DNA from: an uncultured Methanosarcinales archaeon
Lineage (GTDB): Archaea > Nanobdellota > Nanobdellia > Woesearchaeales > JACPBV01
Length of the DNA: 64,000 bases
NCBI GenBank assembly: GCA_964492935.1
Contig: CAZBLF010000001.1
Span: 28,301 to 92,300, forward strand
Direction: 5' to 3'
Of this stretch, positions 29,025 to 38,437 are shown in pieces. A program made the translations under genes and the position numbers. Each line of letters begins with the position of its first letter. Within the stretch, counting starts at the first letter, position 1. Below the pieces are notes generated by a model. The model was not told the origin of the DNA. It did no database searches and saw only the letters and a list, made by a program, of their open reading frames with translations.

Positions 29025-29999
29025 ATGGAATTAACTTCTCAGATACAGGATCAGATCTTAGGTGCATTGTCTTCTTTAGGAGGGAGCGGGAGCACGATTA
29101 CTGAAATTGAGAGGAAGGTAAAGTTTGAGCGGCATACTCTTTCGAAGTATCTTTCCTTTATGCAGGCGAACGGAGTGGTGTATCATAAGGCGTTCGGAAA
29201 GGCGAAGGTGTGGTTTATCAACAAGGCTCCGTTGCAGACGGTGTTGATGCATGATCCTGAGCATAAAACGTTTACCGAGAGGATTTTATCTGATTTAATC
29301 TCAGAGATGCCGTATGGGTTGGTTGTTGTTGATCGAGATTACAACATTCTTTTTTTGAATGGGGGCATGAAACGGATTTATGGCGATGTTTCGGGAGAGA
29401 AATTGTATTCTGCAGTCTTAGGTGTTGAGCATCCGTTGCAGATGCGTTCGATTACGACGGTGCTGCGAGGTAAGAAGGAGAGAGCAGGGTGTGAGGTTGT
29501 GGATAGCGAGGGTAGGGTTTTGACGTTAAAGGTTTCTCCCTTGCTGACGCCGGATGGAAGTACTTCGTTTATCATTATTGTGGATGATATCTCAGCTCAG
29601 AGAAAGGCAGAGGAGTTGTTGCGGGAGAAGACTGAATTATTAGAGGCTGAGCGAGAGGCTTTGAATAAGTCGGCGATTGTTGCGGAGACGAATTTGGATG
29701 GAGTTATCACGTATGTGAATGATCAGTTTGTGAAATTATCTGGATATAAACGTGATGAGATACTGGGCAAGACGCATGCGTTGGTTAATTCTGGCCATCA
29801 TAGCTCGCAGTTCTTTACTGGATTATGGAGGACTATCTCTTCTGGAAGAGTGTGGAATGGGCGTATAAAAAATAAATCAAAATCTGGGAAATTGTATTGG
29901 ACTGATACGACGATAGCTCCGGTTTTGGGTAAGGATGGCAAGGCGGTGAAGTATTTGGCTATTCGGCATATAGTAGTAAATGACAAAAATCTTGCATAA
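29025..29999 (+). CDS. Winged-HTH plus tandem PAS-domain sensor/regulator
   Basis: The N-terminal region TITEIERKVKFERHTLSKYLSFMQANGVV looks like a wHTH. Two PAS-like modules follow. The gene is divergent from nrdD. Confidence 0.7.
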   Translation: MELTSQIQDQILGALSSLGGSGSTITEIERKVKFERHTLSKYLSFMQANGVVYHKAFGKAKVWFINKAPLQTVLMHDPEHKTFTERILSDLISEMPYGLVVVDRDYNILFLNGGMKRIYGDVSGEKLYSAVLGVEHPLQMRSITTVLRGKKERAGCEVVDSEGRVLTLKVSPLLTPDGSTSFIIIVDDISAQRKAEELLREKTELLEAEREALNKSAIVAETNLDGVITYVNDQFVKLSGYKRDEILGKTHALVNSGHHSSQFFTGLWRTISSGRVWNGRIKNKSKSGKLYWTDTTIAPVLGKDGKAVKYLAIRHIVVNDKNLA

Positions 30000-30103
30000 T
30001 TTGTTTGTCTTTTACAATATAGAAGATGAGAATAATTATGTATTACTATGTCGTCTTCTATAGTTTAGGAATCTTTAAAAGTGAATTTGCGTTCTTTTTG
30101 GTT

Positions 30104-30802
30104 ATGGAAAAGGAGTACAAGCGTTTAGTTGCTGGCATTACAGCTTTTTTTAAGAGGGTTGGAGTATCGAAAGCAGTTATTGGGGTTAGTGGAGGGATTG
30201 ATTCTGCTTTATGTTTACGGTTGGTTTCGGATGCTTTGGGTGCCGGAAATGTTACGGGTTTATTGATGCCGGAAAAGGGTTTGACGAAAAAGAGTAATGT
30301 TTCGGATGGGATTGCGTTGTGTGAATCGTTGAATGTAGGGTATTATGTTGCTCCGATTAATGAGTTTCTGATTGCATATTCGGGATTGGGGTGGAAAGGG
30401 AGTTCAAATGCAGAGATGAATGTTCGCTCTCGGATTCGGGCTGTTATTTTGTATCATTATGCCAATAGTCATTCGGCTTTGGTTATTGGAACTTCTAATA
30501 AAACCGAGATGGAGCTTGGTTATTTTACGAAGTATGGTGACGGAGCGATTGATGTCGAGGTTATTGGTAGTTTGTACAAGTCTGAGGTGTATGAGTTAGC
30601 TGAGTATCTGGAATTGGATGAGAATTTTCTTAAAAAAGCTCCTTCAGCGGAGTTATATGCTGGACATACTGACGAGGAGGAGTTTGGGATGTCTTATCTT
30701 GATATTGATGCGATGTTGATGGGAAAGAAAAAGAAATCTGCTAAGTTGAAGAAGATTATTTCTGCGAATAAACACAAGACTGAAGCGTTAACGGTTATTT
30801 AG
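30104..30802 (+). CDS. nadE: NAD+ synthetase
   Basis: The PP-loop GVSGGIDSALC is present, and the length fits an NH3-dependent NadE. The start is at the internal ATG 30104. Confidence 0.85.
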   Translation: MEKEYKRLVAGITAFFKRVGVSKAVIGVSGGIDSALCLRLVSDALGAGNVTGLLMPEKGLTKKSNVSDGIALCESLNVGYYVAPINEFLIAYSGLGWKGSSNAEMNVRSRIRAVILYHYANSHSALVIGTSNKTEMELGYFTKYGDGAIDVEVIGSLYKSEVYELAEYLELDENFLKKAPSAELYAGHTDEEEFGMSYLDIDAMLMGKKKKSAKLKKIISANKHKTEALTVI

Positions 30803-31475
30803 ATTCGGTAAGTATGGGCAACTGCTTATAGTTGTCAACTAGGGTTATGTTTTTTGTTTCTTGGATATACTTTCTCAACTTATCCCCTCCCATTTCATAG
30901 ACTCTTCCTTGATCCCATATGACTCCTCCTTGTATCACATCAAAGCTGGTAAACACTCTATACCCTAGTTTTGCAGCATCATCAATGGTATGCATTACGC
31001 AACAGTTTTGTTGCCACCCCATCACAATGAGATCTGTAATCCCTTTTTCCGTTAATAGTTTATCAAGTGATGTTTCTTCAAATGCGCTATACTGTTGCTT
31101 GGCAAGGTAGCTCCAATTTTTTGGATTGTGGAATCTTCTTAACGCAGGATCTGTTGTGCTTTCTGACCCTTCAGATATATTGACATCAACGACATGGATG
31201 CCTTTCTTATTTGCTGCTTTGAGAACTTCTCCCATATTTTTAATTTCTTTGGCATAATTGAGTATGTATCCCATCCGGGATGCAGCATATTCATCTGGAT
31301 CATGTTCGTCTTTTTCGGTGAACTGAAAGTCAATGATCAATACAGCATACTTTTCTTCTTCTGCTGGGGAAGCTAGTAGTTGCGATACTCCGTTAATAAG
31401 CGGAAGTGATGCTACCGTACCTGAGCCATTTATGAGGCCTTCTAGAAAGTCTCTTCTTGTAGGGTTATTTCTCAT
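30795..31475 (-). CDS. Isochorismatase-family cysteine hydrolase (nicotinamidase-like) with a Tat signal peptide
   Basis: The N-terminus carries the twin-arginine motif TRRDFLEGL followed by a hydrophobic stretch. The isochorismatase-like core includes GWQQNCCVMHT. Confidence 0.7.
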   Translation of the reverse strand: MRNNPTRRDFLEGLINGSGTVASLPLINGVSQLLASPAEEEKYAVLIIDFQFTEKDEHDPDEYAASRMGYILNYAKEIKNMGEVLKAANKKGIHVVDVNISEGSESTTDPALRRFHNPKNWSYLAKQQYSAFEETSLDKLLTEKGITDLIVMGWQQNCCVMHTIDDAAKLGYRVFTSFDVIQGGVIWDQGRVYEMGGDKLRKYIQETKNITLVDNYKQLPILTESK

Positions 31476-31531
31476 AGAGTGCTGAATTGGAATTTTGTTT
31501 ATAAATGGTTACTTTTAGAAGAGTAGTATAG

Positions 31532-32188
31532 CTATGCTTCTGGGTCGAAGTCTGCTATTGAGCTTTGGAATTGTTCTTGGGCTATCTTTTTGTATGATGA
31601 CCAGGACTTTCTGAAGATTTCTGGGTATTTCTCCCAGTTTTCTATTAAGAATTTTTGAGTGATCTCGTTAGAGGGATAGCCGGGGCCGCAATCGCCGTAT
31701 TTCTTCTTGATTTCCTCTATTTCCCGGTCTCTGGTTACTTTTGCTAGGATGGACGCTGCTGCAGCTTGAGGATGGTTGAGGTCTGCTTTATGTTCTACTA
31801 TTAATTCGGTTTTTGTTTTGAGGAGTTTTTGTAAGTATTCCTTGTAGGCTTCGATGTTGGTGCTTGGACAATCTACAATTGCTTTATCGGGCTTTAATTC
31901 GTTGATGATTTCTGCGGTTTTATGGGCTTCCAGCCAGTTTAGGTTTAATTCTTCACTCTCTAATGCTTCGTCAATCTCTTGCGGTTCGGTGACTACGATG
32001 TGGTTAGGATATTTGCTGACTTCATCGAACATTTGCTCTCGTTGTATGGGCGTTAAGAGTTTAGAATCTTTTACTCCGATGCCTTTTAGCTTTTCTAGGT
32101 CTTTTTCGTCTACCATGACGCCGGCAGTTACTAATGGCCCTATAACGGGTCCTCGTCCTGCCTCATCTATACCGCAAATGGTGGTCAT
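31532..32188 (-). CDS. rnhB: Ribonuclease HII
   Basis: ICGIDEAGRGPVIGPLV is the RNase HII active-site motif. The start was set at ATG 32188, because the upstream part of the track ORF overlaps the neighbouring gene. Confidence 0.85.
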   Translation of the reverse strand: MTTICGIDEAGRGPVIGPLVTAGVMVDEKDLEKLKGIGVKDSKLLTPIQREQMFDEVSKYPNHIVVTEPQEIDEALESEELNLNWLEAHKTAEIINELKPDKAIVDCPSTNIEAYKEYLQKLLKTKTELIVEHKADLNHPQAAAASILAKVTRDREIEEIKKKYGDCGPGYPSNEITQKFLIENWEKYPEIFRKSWSSYKKIAQEQFQSSIADFDPEA

Positions 32189-32233
32189 TGTTGTAGATAT
32201 GATGAAATAGTTTTTAAAGATTATTGAAATTGA

Positions 32234-32794
32234 GTGTATATGAAGTATATTATCGAGCATTTGGAACCTGAACTGTTTCCGTGGTGTATTATTGAATATC
32301 GGCATATTACGAAGATTTTGGGTAAAGCTAACGTTCTTTTTACCAATATTCGGCGTAAGAAGGATTGTGATCGGATTCGTGGATTTGCAAAGGCTATCAA
32401 AGAGAGTTTTACTACGTTGGATTTGAATCGAGTTTGTGTATTGGATCCTGCTGCTAGTAATGTGTTGAGCAGTTCTGATGCTACCTCGTTTGATGTTATT
32501 GTTTTAGGTGGCATCTTAGGTGATTATCCGATGAAGGCTCGTACTAAGGAGGAGATTCCGTCTGGATATGAAAGACGGCATTTGGGGAAGGAACAGATGC
32601 CTACAGATAATGCTGCTTTTGTTGCTAAAGGTATTCTTTCTGGTAAGAAGATGTCTGATTTTTCCTTTAAAGATGGAATTACGGTGGAATTGGATGAGGG
32701 CGAGGCAACGGACTTGCCTTTCCGTTATGTCATGATTGAGGGTAAGCCGTTGATGTCTGGTCAGTTAGTAGAGTTGTTGAAGAAAGGGTTCTAG
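32234..32794 (+). CDS. Conserved hypothetical protein
   Basis: 186 aa, compact and in an operon-like arrangement. No motif was identified with confidence. Confidence 0.4.
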   Translation: MYMKYIIEHLEPELFPWCIIEYRHITKILGKANVLFTNIRRKKDCDRIRGFAKAIKESFTTLDLNRVCVLDPAASNVLSSSDATSFDVIVLGGILGDYPMKARTKEEIPSGYERRHLGKEQMPTDNAAFVAKGILSGKKMSDFSFKDGITVELDEGEATDLPFRYVMIEGKPLMSGQLVELLKKGF

Positions 32795-33459
32795 GTTTTT
32801 TGTAGGATTGCGATTAAGGTGTGTTCGTCTCCGTATTCTTTTGTGGTGATGAGGTGGCGGTCGATGTACTTTATTTTCATTTTCGGGAAGGCTTTTTGTA
32901 TTTCTTTTTCGGTGTAGGGGCGGCTGTAGAGCTTTTGGCGTAGGATTTCGATGTAGCTTTCTCTTGGATGGTGTCCATCGGGACCGGGTTCGTTTAAGGA
33001 CAGGAACAGGAAGCCATTCGGTTTGAGAGCTTTCGTGATTCTGGTTGCGGTTCGCTTGAATTGTTTAGGATCTAGGCAGAGCATGCTATATCCTGAGAAA
33101 ATGCCATCGAATTCTTGCTTGTAATCGATATCGGTCATTGAGAGCATTTTGAAGGTTGCTTCCGGGACGTTTTTCTTTGCTGCTGCAATCATTTCTTTGG
33201 AGAAATCGATTCCTAGGACTTCGAAGTTGTGCTTTACTAGGGCTTGGGTGAAGGGCAAGCCTGGGCCACATCCTAGATCTAGGACTTGTGCATGTTTAGG
33301 TAGTTTTTTGCAGAATAGGGTGAAAGCTGCTTTGTATTTCTTGTCCTTAATGGTCTTGGATGCTGCTTTACTTCCAATAGCGTTCCAGGCTTTCTTATTG
33401 AGTTTTAGAATGTCCATATGAGGTAGGAGAAAAAGGAATACATAAAGGTATGTATTCAA
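32791..33459 (-). CDS. Class I SAM-dependent methyltransferase
   Basis: VLDLGCGPGL is motif I of the Rossmann methyltransferase fold. Confidence 0.75.
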   Translation of the reverse strand: MNTYLYVFLFLLPHMDILKLNKKAWNAIGSKAASKTIKDKKYKAAFTLFCKKLPKHAQVLDLGCGPGLPFTQALVKHNFEVLGIDFSKEMIAAAKKNVPEATFKMLSMTDIDYKQEFDGIFSGYSMLCLDPKQFKRTATRITKALKPNGFLFLSLNEPGPDGHHPRESYIEILRQKLYSRPYTEKEIQKAFPKMKIKYIDRHLITTKEYGDEHTLIAILQKT

Positions 33460-33820
33460 GCAAAGGCGTACATACTGCGTTTTTTAGCGCGCATAAAGAC
33501 CATACCATCTTTGTATTCCATTTGTGTATGGCTATAGAATCCGTTTTGTTTTTTTATAACATCTACTGTATTTTTCTTAATTAAACTGTTTTTTAGTCTC
33601 ACTCTTGCACCCCCATGCTGAGTATTGTGAATAAATGATGATGGTGTTCTTAATCCACCACCCCCCACGTTTAACCACCCCTGGTTACTAATCTTATTAA
33701 TGAAAAACTGCTATATAAAGGTATGGATGGAGAATTATGACATTATTATGTTAGTATAGGGATTGGTATATTGGCAAGTAAATACAAAGGTTTTAATGGG
33801 GAATGTTCTTTTACTGCAGT

Positions 33821-34549
33821 ATGAAACAGGATTTTTGGTCAACGGTAGAGGACGTCATTAAGAAGTCTGATGTAGTGTTACATGTGATCGATTCGCGTTA
33901 TCCTGAGGAAAGTCGGAATAAGCGTGCTGAGGAGATGGCTTTGAAGTATGGGAAGGGTTTAATTCACGTATTTACGAAATTTGACTTGGTTGAGGATAAG
34001 GAATTTCCGATTACGGTAGAAGGTCCATTTTGCTTGGTTTCTGCTGTGGATTATTATGGGTTGAATAAGCTTCGCGATAAGATCATTATTGAAGGTAAAA
34101 GGCGACATCAGGATAAACCCAAGGTTGGTGTTGTAGGGTATCCGAATGTGGGGAAGAGTTCGTTGATTAACGCGTTTAAGGGCAAGAAATCGGCTCGTAC
34201 TAGCTCTGAGCCTGGTTTTACCAAAGGTCGGCAGTTGTTGGGGACTAGAAACTTTATGTTTGTGGATAGTCCGGGCGTTATTCCGGTTGATGAGGAAGAT
34301 GATATTGCTAAGATTAAGATGGGAATGAAGTCGATCAATGAGGAAGATGTTGAATTGGCTGCTTTGGAGATTATTGAATCGTTGAAAGGCAAGGTTGAGG
34401 CGTATTTTAAGGTGGATGTTTCGGATGATTTTGATGAAACGTTAGAGAAGATTGCTGTTGCTAAGAACTTGCTGGTTAAGGGTGGCGAACCGAATACTGA
34501 AAGGGCAGCTCGGGTAATTGTTAAATTGTATCAGGAAGGGAAGATTTAG
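33821..34549 (+). CDS. Circularly permuted GTPase (YlqF/RbgA/Nog2-like ribosome biogenesis GTPase)
   Basis: A G4-like TKFDL precedes the G1 motif GYPNVGKSS, with the G3 motif DSPGV downstream. This motif order is the hallmark of a circularly permuted GTPase. Confidence 0.7.
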   Translation: MKQDFWSTVEDVIKKSDVVLHVIDSRYPEESRNKRAEEMALKYGKGLIHVFTKFDLVEDKEFPITVEGPFCLVSAVDYYGLNKLRDKIIIEGKRRHQDKPKVGVVGYPNVGKSSLINAFKGKKSARTSSEPGFTKGRQLLGTRNFMFVDSPGVIPVDEEDDIAKIKMGMKSINEEDVELAALEIIESLKGKVEAYFKVDVSDDFDETLEKIAVAKNLLVKGGEPNTERAARVIVKLYQEGKI

Positions 34550-34561
34550 AGTGAATTGGAA

Positions 34562-35149
34562 TTATCTATCTCTTTGAGCTTCTAGTTTGTTGATTAGTTG
34601 TTGGTATGCTTTTTTGAATCCATTAATCAGAATTGGTGCTTGCTCTTCACTCGCCATTAGATTCTTGATGACATAGAGATCGTTGGGGAATCCCATGGGA
34701 GCGAGATGCTGGTCATTTACTGTGAATTCTGCATCACCAAGCATACTTTCTATGTTGAGAGGTTGTTCGCTGAGATGTGCAAGTAGATCTTCAGGAGTTT
34801 CAATTTCAGGTCCTAGTATTTCTTGATAAAAAATGATGTTTCTTTTGGGGCTGTCCGGAGAGGGTGTTTCTGCCACTGCAAAGCCTCTGTTCGTTTGGGC
34901 AATTGCCACTGTTCCGTTGAAAAACTCTGGACAGACGACTTCTATATATGGGGGAATTAGCTGCATCTCTCCAGTCATTTCAGATGAGTCAGGAATCATT
35001 CTCTGGTGTTCGGCCATTGCAGCAGTTATTGCGCGGTTTCCTTGAGAGAAAAGCGGTCCTCCATCGAGATAAGCGATTAATCCCATAGCACGTCCCCCAC
35101 CGATGCCATTATAATCGGCGGTTCCATGGGTGCATTCGTATTTAGCCAT
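34562..35149 (-). CDS. Hypothetical protein
   Basis: 195 aa ORF with no recognised domain. Confidence 0.4.
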   Translation of the reverse strand: MAKYECTHGTADYNGIGGGRAMGLIAYLDGGPLFSQGNRAITAAMAEHQRMIPDSSEMTGEMQLIPPYIEVVCPEFFNGTVAIAQTNRGFAVAETPSPDSPKRNIIFYQEILGPEIETPEDLLAHLSEQPLNIESMLGDAEFTVNDQHLAPMGFPNDLYVIKNLMASEEQAPILINGFKKAYQQLINKLEAQRDR

Positions 35150-35260
35150 AGTCGAGAAGAGTGTCTTTTCTTTTAAAAATGTGTTAGTTGTTTTAGGAGA
35201 AAAATAAATGCGGAGAGCAGGGTAGACATAATCATATTTATATACTTCAAATCTGACATT

Positions 35261-36082
35261 TTGTTCATTCCAATATTTTTATATATGAAAAAACAAAAAG
35301 TCATTCTAGATGTAGAAGACATATTGAATACTTACAAAACTACTATCCCTCAAAGAAAATTTGATACTCTCAAGTTGAGAAAGTGGCTACCTCTTTTGGA
35401 GGATTCAGAATTGGCTCGTGAATCGTCATTATTGGTGGGAAAGCTTATGGGTGATGGAAATCTCGACAACAAATTTACTTGTAGGTTTATTGGTCAGAAA
35501 GAGGAGCTAGTTTTACTGAAGAAAATACTGGTTAGCCATTTTTTGATAAATGAAAATAGTGCAAAAATCACTTATCGAGAAAATGTTGGAACAAGTTACA
35601 TGCTTCAGATAAATGATAGTCTCCTTGGAAGATTCATGTATGCACTTGGAGCCCCCATGGGAAATAAAACAAAAATTAGATATTTGATTCCTCCGTGGAT
35701 TATTCGTTCAAAACCTATGGCTAAGCGGTTTCTACAGGCAATATTCGATGATGAATTATCGACTATAAAAATAAAGAGAGAAAAATTCATACAGGAGGCT
35801 ACTTTCAGAATGGCCAAGGTAGAGGAGCATCAAGATAATCTTACTGATTTTCTAAATCAACTGAAAAATATGACTCAAAATTTGGGAGTGGATTCTAGTG
35901 AGATTGGTAAACCTTATTTCGAAAATATTCAGGTTGATGGGGCTAGGTCATTTTCTCAATGCTTTCGAATATTGGGTAATAGACAAAATATAGTTAGATT
36001 CAATTCACATATTGGATTTGGAATAAATCAGGAAAAAATAAGGCAACTTGAAAGATGTATGACCTTAATCGAAAATATTTGA
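35261..36082 (+). CDS. Free-standing double-motif LAGLIDADG-family protein (homing-endonuclease-like)
   Basis: Two LAGLIDADG-like motifs, LVGKLMGDGNLD and FLQAIFDDELST. The C-terminus HIGFGINQEK parallels RIGFNLSRKK in the paralogue at 60271-60891. The gene ends 6 nt from tRNA-Leu. Confidence 0.6.
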   Translation: MFIPIFLYMKKQKVILDVEDILNTYKTTIPQRKFDTLKLRKWLPLLEDSELARESSLLVGKLMGDGNLDNKFTCRFIGQKEELVLLKKILVSHFLINENSAKITYRENVGTSYMLQINDSLLGRFMYALGAPMGNKTKIRYLIPPWIIRSKPMAKRFLQAIFDDELSTIKIKREKFIQEATFRMAKVEEHQDNLTDFLNQLKNMTQNLGVDSSEIGKPYFENIQVDGARSFSQCFRILGNRQNIVRFNSHIGFGINQEKIRQLERCMTLIENI

Positions 36083-36087
36083 TGAGA

Positions 36088-36171
36088 TGCGAGAAGCAGG
36101 ATTCGAACCTGCGAAAGCACTAAGCTAATGGGTCCTAAACCCATCCCGATTGACCACTACGGCATTCTCGC
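36088..36171 (-). tRNA. tRNA-Leu(UAG), type II with long variable arm
   Basis: Minus-strand sequence GCGAGAA-TG-CCGT..CGGG-A-ATGGG-TTTAGGA-CCCAT-(long variable arm)-GCAGG-TTCGAAT-CCTGC-TTCTCGC-A. A TATA box ttatataaa lies about 25-30 nt upstream. Confidence 0.85.
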
Positions 36172-36194
36172 TTAGTATTTTAGAACTAAAGTCG

Positions 36195-36203
36195 TTATAT
36201 AAA
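36195..36203 (-). promoter_or_regulatory. TATA box for tRNA-Leu
   Basis: ttatataaa lies 24-32 nt upstream of the tRNA 5' end on the minus strand. Confidence 0.4.
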
Positions 36204-36403
36204 TGTTATGTTGAAAATGGTTTTACCAGAATTTTAGTTTACTTAGGGCATGTAGGTTAAGGACTAGTTCAGTTAAATGTGTTCCTCGTGCTATTAAGAA
36301 ATTGATTGATCATGAGAATGAGTTAGAAGATCATCATGTGGAATAGGATAAACCAACTATCTCTACCTTGGTCTTTTTAAATGTGGGTTGAATTCTTTCA
36401 CCA

Positions 36404-37156
36404 ATGGATGCAGAAAGATTTTATGATACTGTTGGGACCACAGGACTACATAATGCTGACATATTGCGTTTTAACTGGACTTTACCTCATTTATTAGCAA
36501 AGGGTTCTCTATTGGATGTAGGATGTGGAGAAGGGTATTGGGTTGATTTTCTTGGGGAGAAGACTTCTCTTTCATTACAGGGAATGGACGTTTCTTCAGT
36601 AAGAATTGATTTAGCGAAAGATCACTTAGCAGAATCGGAGATTGAGCTTCAGGTAGCGGATATTGAAGAACTTGAGCAAGCATCGGTTGATCAGGTTACT
36701 GCTCTTGAGGTATTGGAACATCTTCCCGATTGGGAGTCAGGATTTCGAAAAATTGTTCATGCAGCACGTAAAAGGGCTATAGTTACGGTTCCCTATAATG
36801 AATGGATTCTCAATGCGGCTTGCACTGGTTGCGGTGAAGATACACCATTATATGGCCATCTTCATAGCTTAACCGAAAAGGATTTTGAGAAGATAGATAT
36901 TGATGGAAGCCTCACTTTTGACTTTTTTCATATCCCTTATGGTCTTGGACATTATGCTCTAAGGTCTCTTAATGCTTTTTCTCGGTTTTTCTCAGCTACT
37001 GAAGATTCAAATGTGGGTGATCAGACTTTGCGTACGGCCTGCCTTCATTGCTATGAAGAGACTCCGTATACACTACACATTGCTCGTGCTTCAAAAAGAC
37101 TTCTTAAATTAGCTTTCAATACTCCAGATTATCTATTGGTGCGGGTTGACAAATAA
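36404..37156 (+). CDS. Class I SAM-dependent methyltransferase with C-terminal Cys-rich region
   Basis: LLDVGCGEGYW is motif I, followed by VTALEVLEHLPD and then CTGCGED. Confidence 0.7.
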   Translation: MDAERFYDTVGTTGLHNADILRFNWTLPHLLAKGSLLDVGCGEGYWVDFLGEKTSLSLQGMDVSSVRIDLAKDHLAESEIELQVADIEELEQASVDQVTALEVLEHLPDWESGFRKIVHAARKRAIVTVPYNEWILNAACTGCGEDTPLYGHLHSLTEKDFEKIDIDGSLTFDFFHIPYGLGHYALRSLNAFSRFFSATEDSNVGDQTLRTACLHCYEETPYTLHIARASKRLLKLAFNTPDYLLVRVDK

Positions 37157-37215
37157 CTTCTTGGCTTATCTACTAAAAAGTAACCTTCTTATAGGGAGAT
37201 AGGCTTTCTATTAGT

Positions 37216-38406
37216 ATGAAGAAGCTTGTTTTAGGGGTGTGTAGCAGTATTGCTTGTTACAAGATTTTGGATTTGATTACTTCTTTGAAGTCTCGTTATT
37301 CTATTGAGGTTATTGCTACGCAGGGTGCTTTAACATTGGTTGATCAGAAGGAGTTTGAGAATGTTCTTGGCAAGGAGATTCACGTTAATGTGTTTGAGAA
37401 AGGATGGGATGCTGCGAAATATAAATCGGAAAAGTGGATGCGGCATATTTCTTTGGCTGAACATGCAGATCTGTTTGTTGTTGCTCCTGCAACTGCGAAT
37501 GTTATTGGGAAATTGGCTAATGGGTTGGCTGATGATTTGTTGTCTACCTCTGTTTTAGCTACTACTGCTCCGGTTTTAGTATGTCCGGCTATGAACGTGA
37601 ACATGTGGGGACATCCTATCGTTAAGGCTAATGTTCAGCGGTTGAAGAAGAATGGTTATTTGGTTGTGGAGCCGGATGAGGGTATGCTTGCTTGTGGGGT
37701 TGAGGGCAAGGGTCGATTGAAGGAGTTGTCGTTTATTGAAAAGGAGATTGATTCTGTTCTTGAGCATCAGGATGCATTGAAGGGTAAGAAAGTATTGGTT
37801 ACGGCTGGTGCAACTATTGAGGAAATTGATCCGATTCGTTATATTACGAACAAAAGTTCTGGTAAGATGGGGATTGCGATTGCGGAGGCTGCTGCTCGGA
37901 TGGGTGCTTCTGTTACACTGGTTCGTGGAAAGACTGAGGTTATTGCGGCTGGAGTGAAGGAAATTCAGATTGCTACGGTTGATGAGTTGATGGGGGCTGT
38001 TACTACTGCAATTCCGGGCTGTGATATTGTTATTCACGCTGCAGCGGTTTCTGATTTTTATGTTAAGGCGAAGAATGGGGAGAAAATAAAGTCGGGTTCG
38101 GAATTGGCCCTGGAATTGTCGCCTACTACAAAAATTCTTGAGAAATTGCGTGATTTAAATGAGAAGATGGTTCTTGTTGGCTTTAAGGCGGAGCATGACG
38201 TTTCGGAATCGGTATTATTAGAGAGAGCTTCACACCTTTTGGAAAGTGCTCGAGCGGATTTTATTGTGGCTAATGATGTGGGTAAAAATGCTGTTTTTGG
38301 TTCGGATGATACTGCAGTTAGTGTGGTTGGGAAAGATGGCAAAAGTGAGGAGATTTCTGGTAGTAAACGGGATGTTGCGAAAATGCTGTTAAATCACCTT
38401 TTGTAA
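37216..38406 (+). CDS. coaBC: Bifunctional phosphopantothenoylcysteine decarboxylase / phosphopantothenate-cysteine ligase
   Basis: The N-terminal flavoprotein domain (LGVCSSIACYK, PAMNVNMW) is followed by the C-terminal CoaB ligase domain. Confidence 0.9.
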   Translation: MKKLVLGVCSSIACYKILDLITSLKSRYSIEVIATQGALTLVDQKEFENVLGKEIHVNVFEKGWDAAKYKSEKWMRHISLAEHADLFVVAPATANVIGKLANGLADDLLSTSVLATTAPVLVCPAMNVNMWGHPIVKANVQRLKKNGYLVVEPDEGMLACGVEGKGRLKELSFIEKEIDSVLEHQDALKGKKVLVTAGATIEEIDPIRYITNKSSGKMGIAIAEAAARMGASVTLVRGKTEVIAAGVKEIQIATVDELMGAVTTAIPGCDIVIHAAAVSDFYVKAKNGEKIKSGSELALELSPTTKILEKLRDLNEKMVLVGFKAEHDVSESVLLERASHLLESARADFIVANDVGKNAVFGSDDTAVSVVGKDGKSEEISGSKRDVAKMLLNHLL

Positions 38407-38437
38407 GTGAAAATTGCACAAAGTATTTAAATAGGTA

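Noticed and set aside
33456-33668. The 70-aa ORF (MGGGGLRTPSS...) in the same gap.
   Set aside because: It begins with a Gly run encoded by a poly-C/G tract, and it has no RBS or TATA in position. Most likely non-coding.
33601-33720. The box-C-like aaTGATGAtgg at 33633-33642, with nearby ctga, in a 340-nt intergenic gap. A possible C/D-box sRNA.
   Set aside because: No correctly ordered and spaced C/D'/C'/D set could be found on either strand. The ctga lies upstream of the C-like box.
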